A stretch of DNA of 64,000 nt from Raja brachyura (taxonomy: Eukaryota), in contig OY740786.1 of assembly GCA_963514005.1 (NCBI GenBank), positions 37,882,001 through 37,946,000 on the forward strand, written 5' to 3'. Both the position numbers and the translations under genes were made by a program. The notes beneath the pieces are model-generated. The model did not search any database and had not been told where the DNA came from. It worked only from the letters and a program-made list of their open reading frames with translations. Shown here in pieces: positions 62,978 to 64,000 of the stretch. Numbering within the stretch: the stretch's first letter is position 1; each line of letters opens with the position of its first letter.

Positions 62978-63561
62978 TGTTACGACTCCCGAATGCAGGT
63001 ACTTCCGAGCCGCGTAACATAGTCAAAAATCAGGTTCAAGTTCAAGAAAATAGTCTTTAATTTAGTTAAGGGAAGACAAAAACCCAAACCCGATTCAAAC
63101 AACAGCCAGGGACAAGAATAGACTAACAAACAAATATAACAGTGCTCCAGCAGCCTTGCAATGGACCATCGAACTAGAGTCTCTAACCTACCTAAATGGA
63201 GATAACCCTGAAACAAAATACACAAAAACCCTCAGGTCAACCCTTATCTGTCCCAATTGAATATTAATTGACAAATATAGGTAACAATACACAAAGTTCT
63301 ATGCCATGTGGCCAGGCCTCCTGCAGCTCACACCAGCAGCCTGTTCACTAGTCAGGGTTGACGAAGACAGCCAGAATTCTGGGAGACTCCTGGTATTTAA
63401 GCTTCCGATGAGTCACCCGTCACCTGACGCAGCGTGGCCAATCGGGTACAGGAGCCCTTAACCCCTTGATTCCTGACTCCCAGCCACGTGGCCTGCACTC
63501 AGGAGAGAAACAGAAAAGGTAAGTACATAGCATTCACCGGGGAGGGGGGAAGCGCCTAACA
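62978..63561. mobile_element. Solo LTR (584 bp)
   Basis: Inverted termini TGTTA..TAACA, with 5-bp TSD GTGGA at 62973-62977 and 63562-63566. No internal coding sequence is adjacent. Confidence 0.8.
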
Positions 63562-63844
63562 GTGGAACAGTACATTTTTTCCTAATCTTTTTTCCCCACT
63601 TGTATCTTTTAACCTATCGCCACAGCTGCACTCCTTCTCTGCATTGCTTCTGAGGTTTGATTTTATTTATTTTGTGCCTTGGTCTCGAAAAGGCTGAATA
63701 CTGTGTTACTTTAGTGTATTCTCTATTATAAACAGAAACTTATTTTTGCTCAGAAAGATCCGATATCTTGCGGATTGGGGATCCTCATTTTCCAGGGAAG
63801 ATTTTCCGATGTAGCACTAACATTCACACCAATGCAGTACGATG

Positions 63845-63965
63845 TAGGGCAACTTACAACAGCCAAGTACCCTACCAGCCTGCGCATATTTGGAAGGAAG
63901 CTGAAGCGCGCGGGGGAAATCCATGTAGTCATAGGGAGGCAACATCAGAGGTCAGGATCGAACCT
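63845..63965 (-). mobile_element. Degenerate V-SINE fragment
   Basis: GGAAATCCATGTAGTCATAGGGAG..GGTCAGGATCGAACCTG resembles 10870-10940 and 43200. Confidence 0.55.
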
Positions 63966-64000
63966 GCTCTGTTTCTATTTAGTTTCTGTTTAGCATTTCA

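Overview
This is eukaryotic, repeat-dense genomic DNA, not prokaryotic. The repeat mix (HER1/CR1 LINEs, HE1-type V-SINEs, Penelope-like elements) points to a cartilaginous fish such as a skate, ray or shark; that assignment is inference. No host protein-coding gene can be confidently called, so the window looks intronic or intergenic. Main contents: (1) a very young full-length Mag-type Gypsy LTR retrotransposon at 54237-58948 with apparently identical 203-bp LTRs and an ATCAG target-site duplication (TSD); (2) a near full-length decayed CR1 LINE at about 11750-16232 plus many nested CR1 fragments; (3) a full-length Passport-like Tc1 transposon at 33665-35278; (4) a non-autonomous Helitron at 37129-38033; (5) PIF/Harbinger-type MITEs sharing the terminal inverted repeat (TIR) AGGGCCTGTCCCAC; (6) a truncated L1 with TSD, a Rex1/Babar fragment and a solo LTR at 62978-63561; (7) many Penelope-like pieces carrying minimal hammerhead-ribozyme motifs, often as fold-back pairs; (8) a family of GC-rich non-coding SINE-like elements with a conserved hairpin and a Rex1-like tail; (9) an old local duplication. 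All comparisons were made by eye. Boundaries of degenerate fragments are approximate unless a TSD or TIR is quoted.
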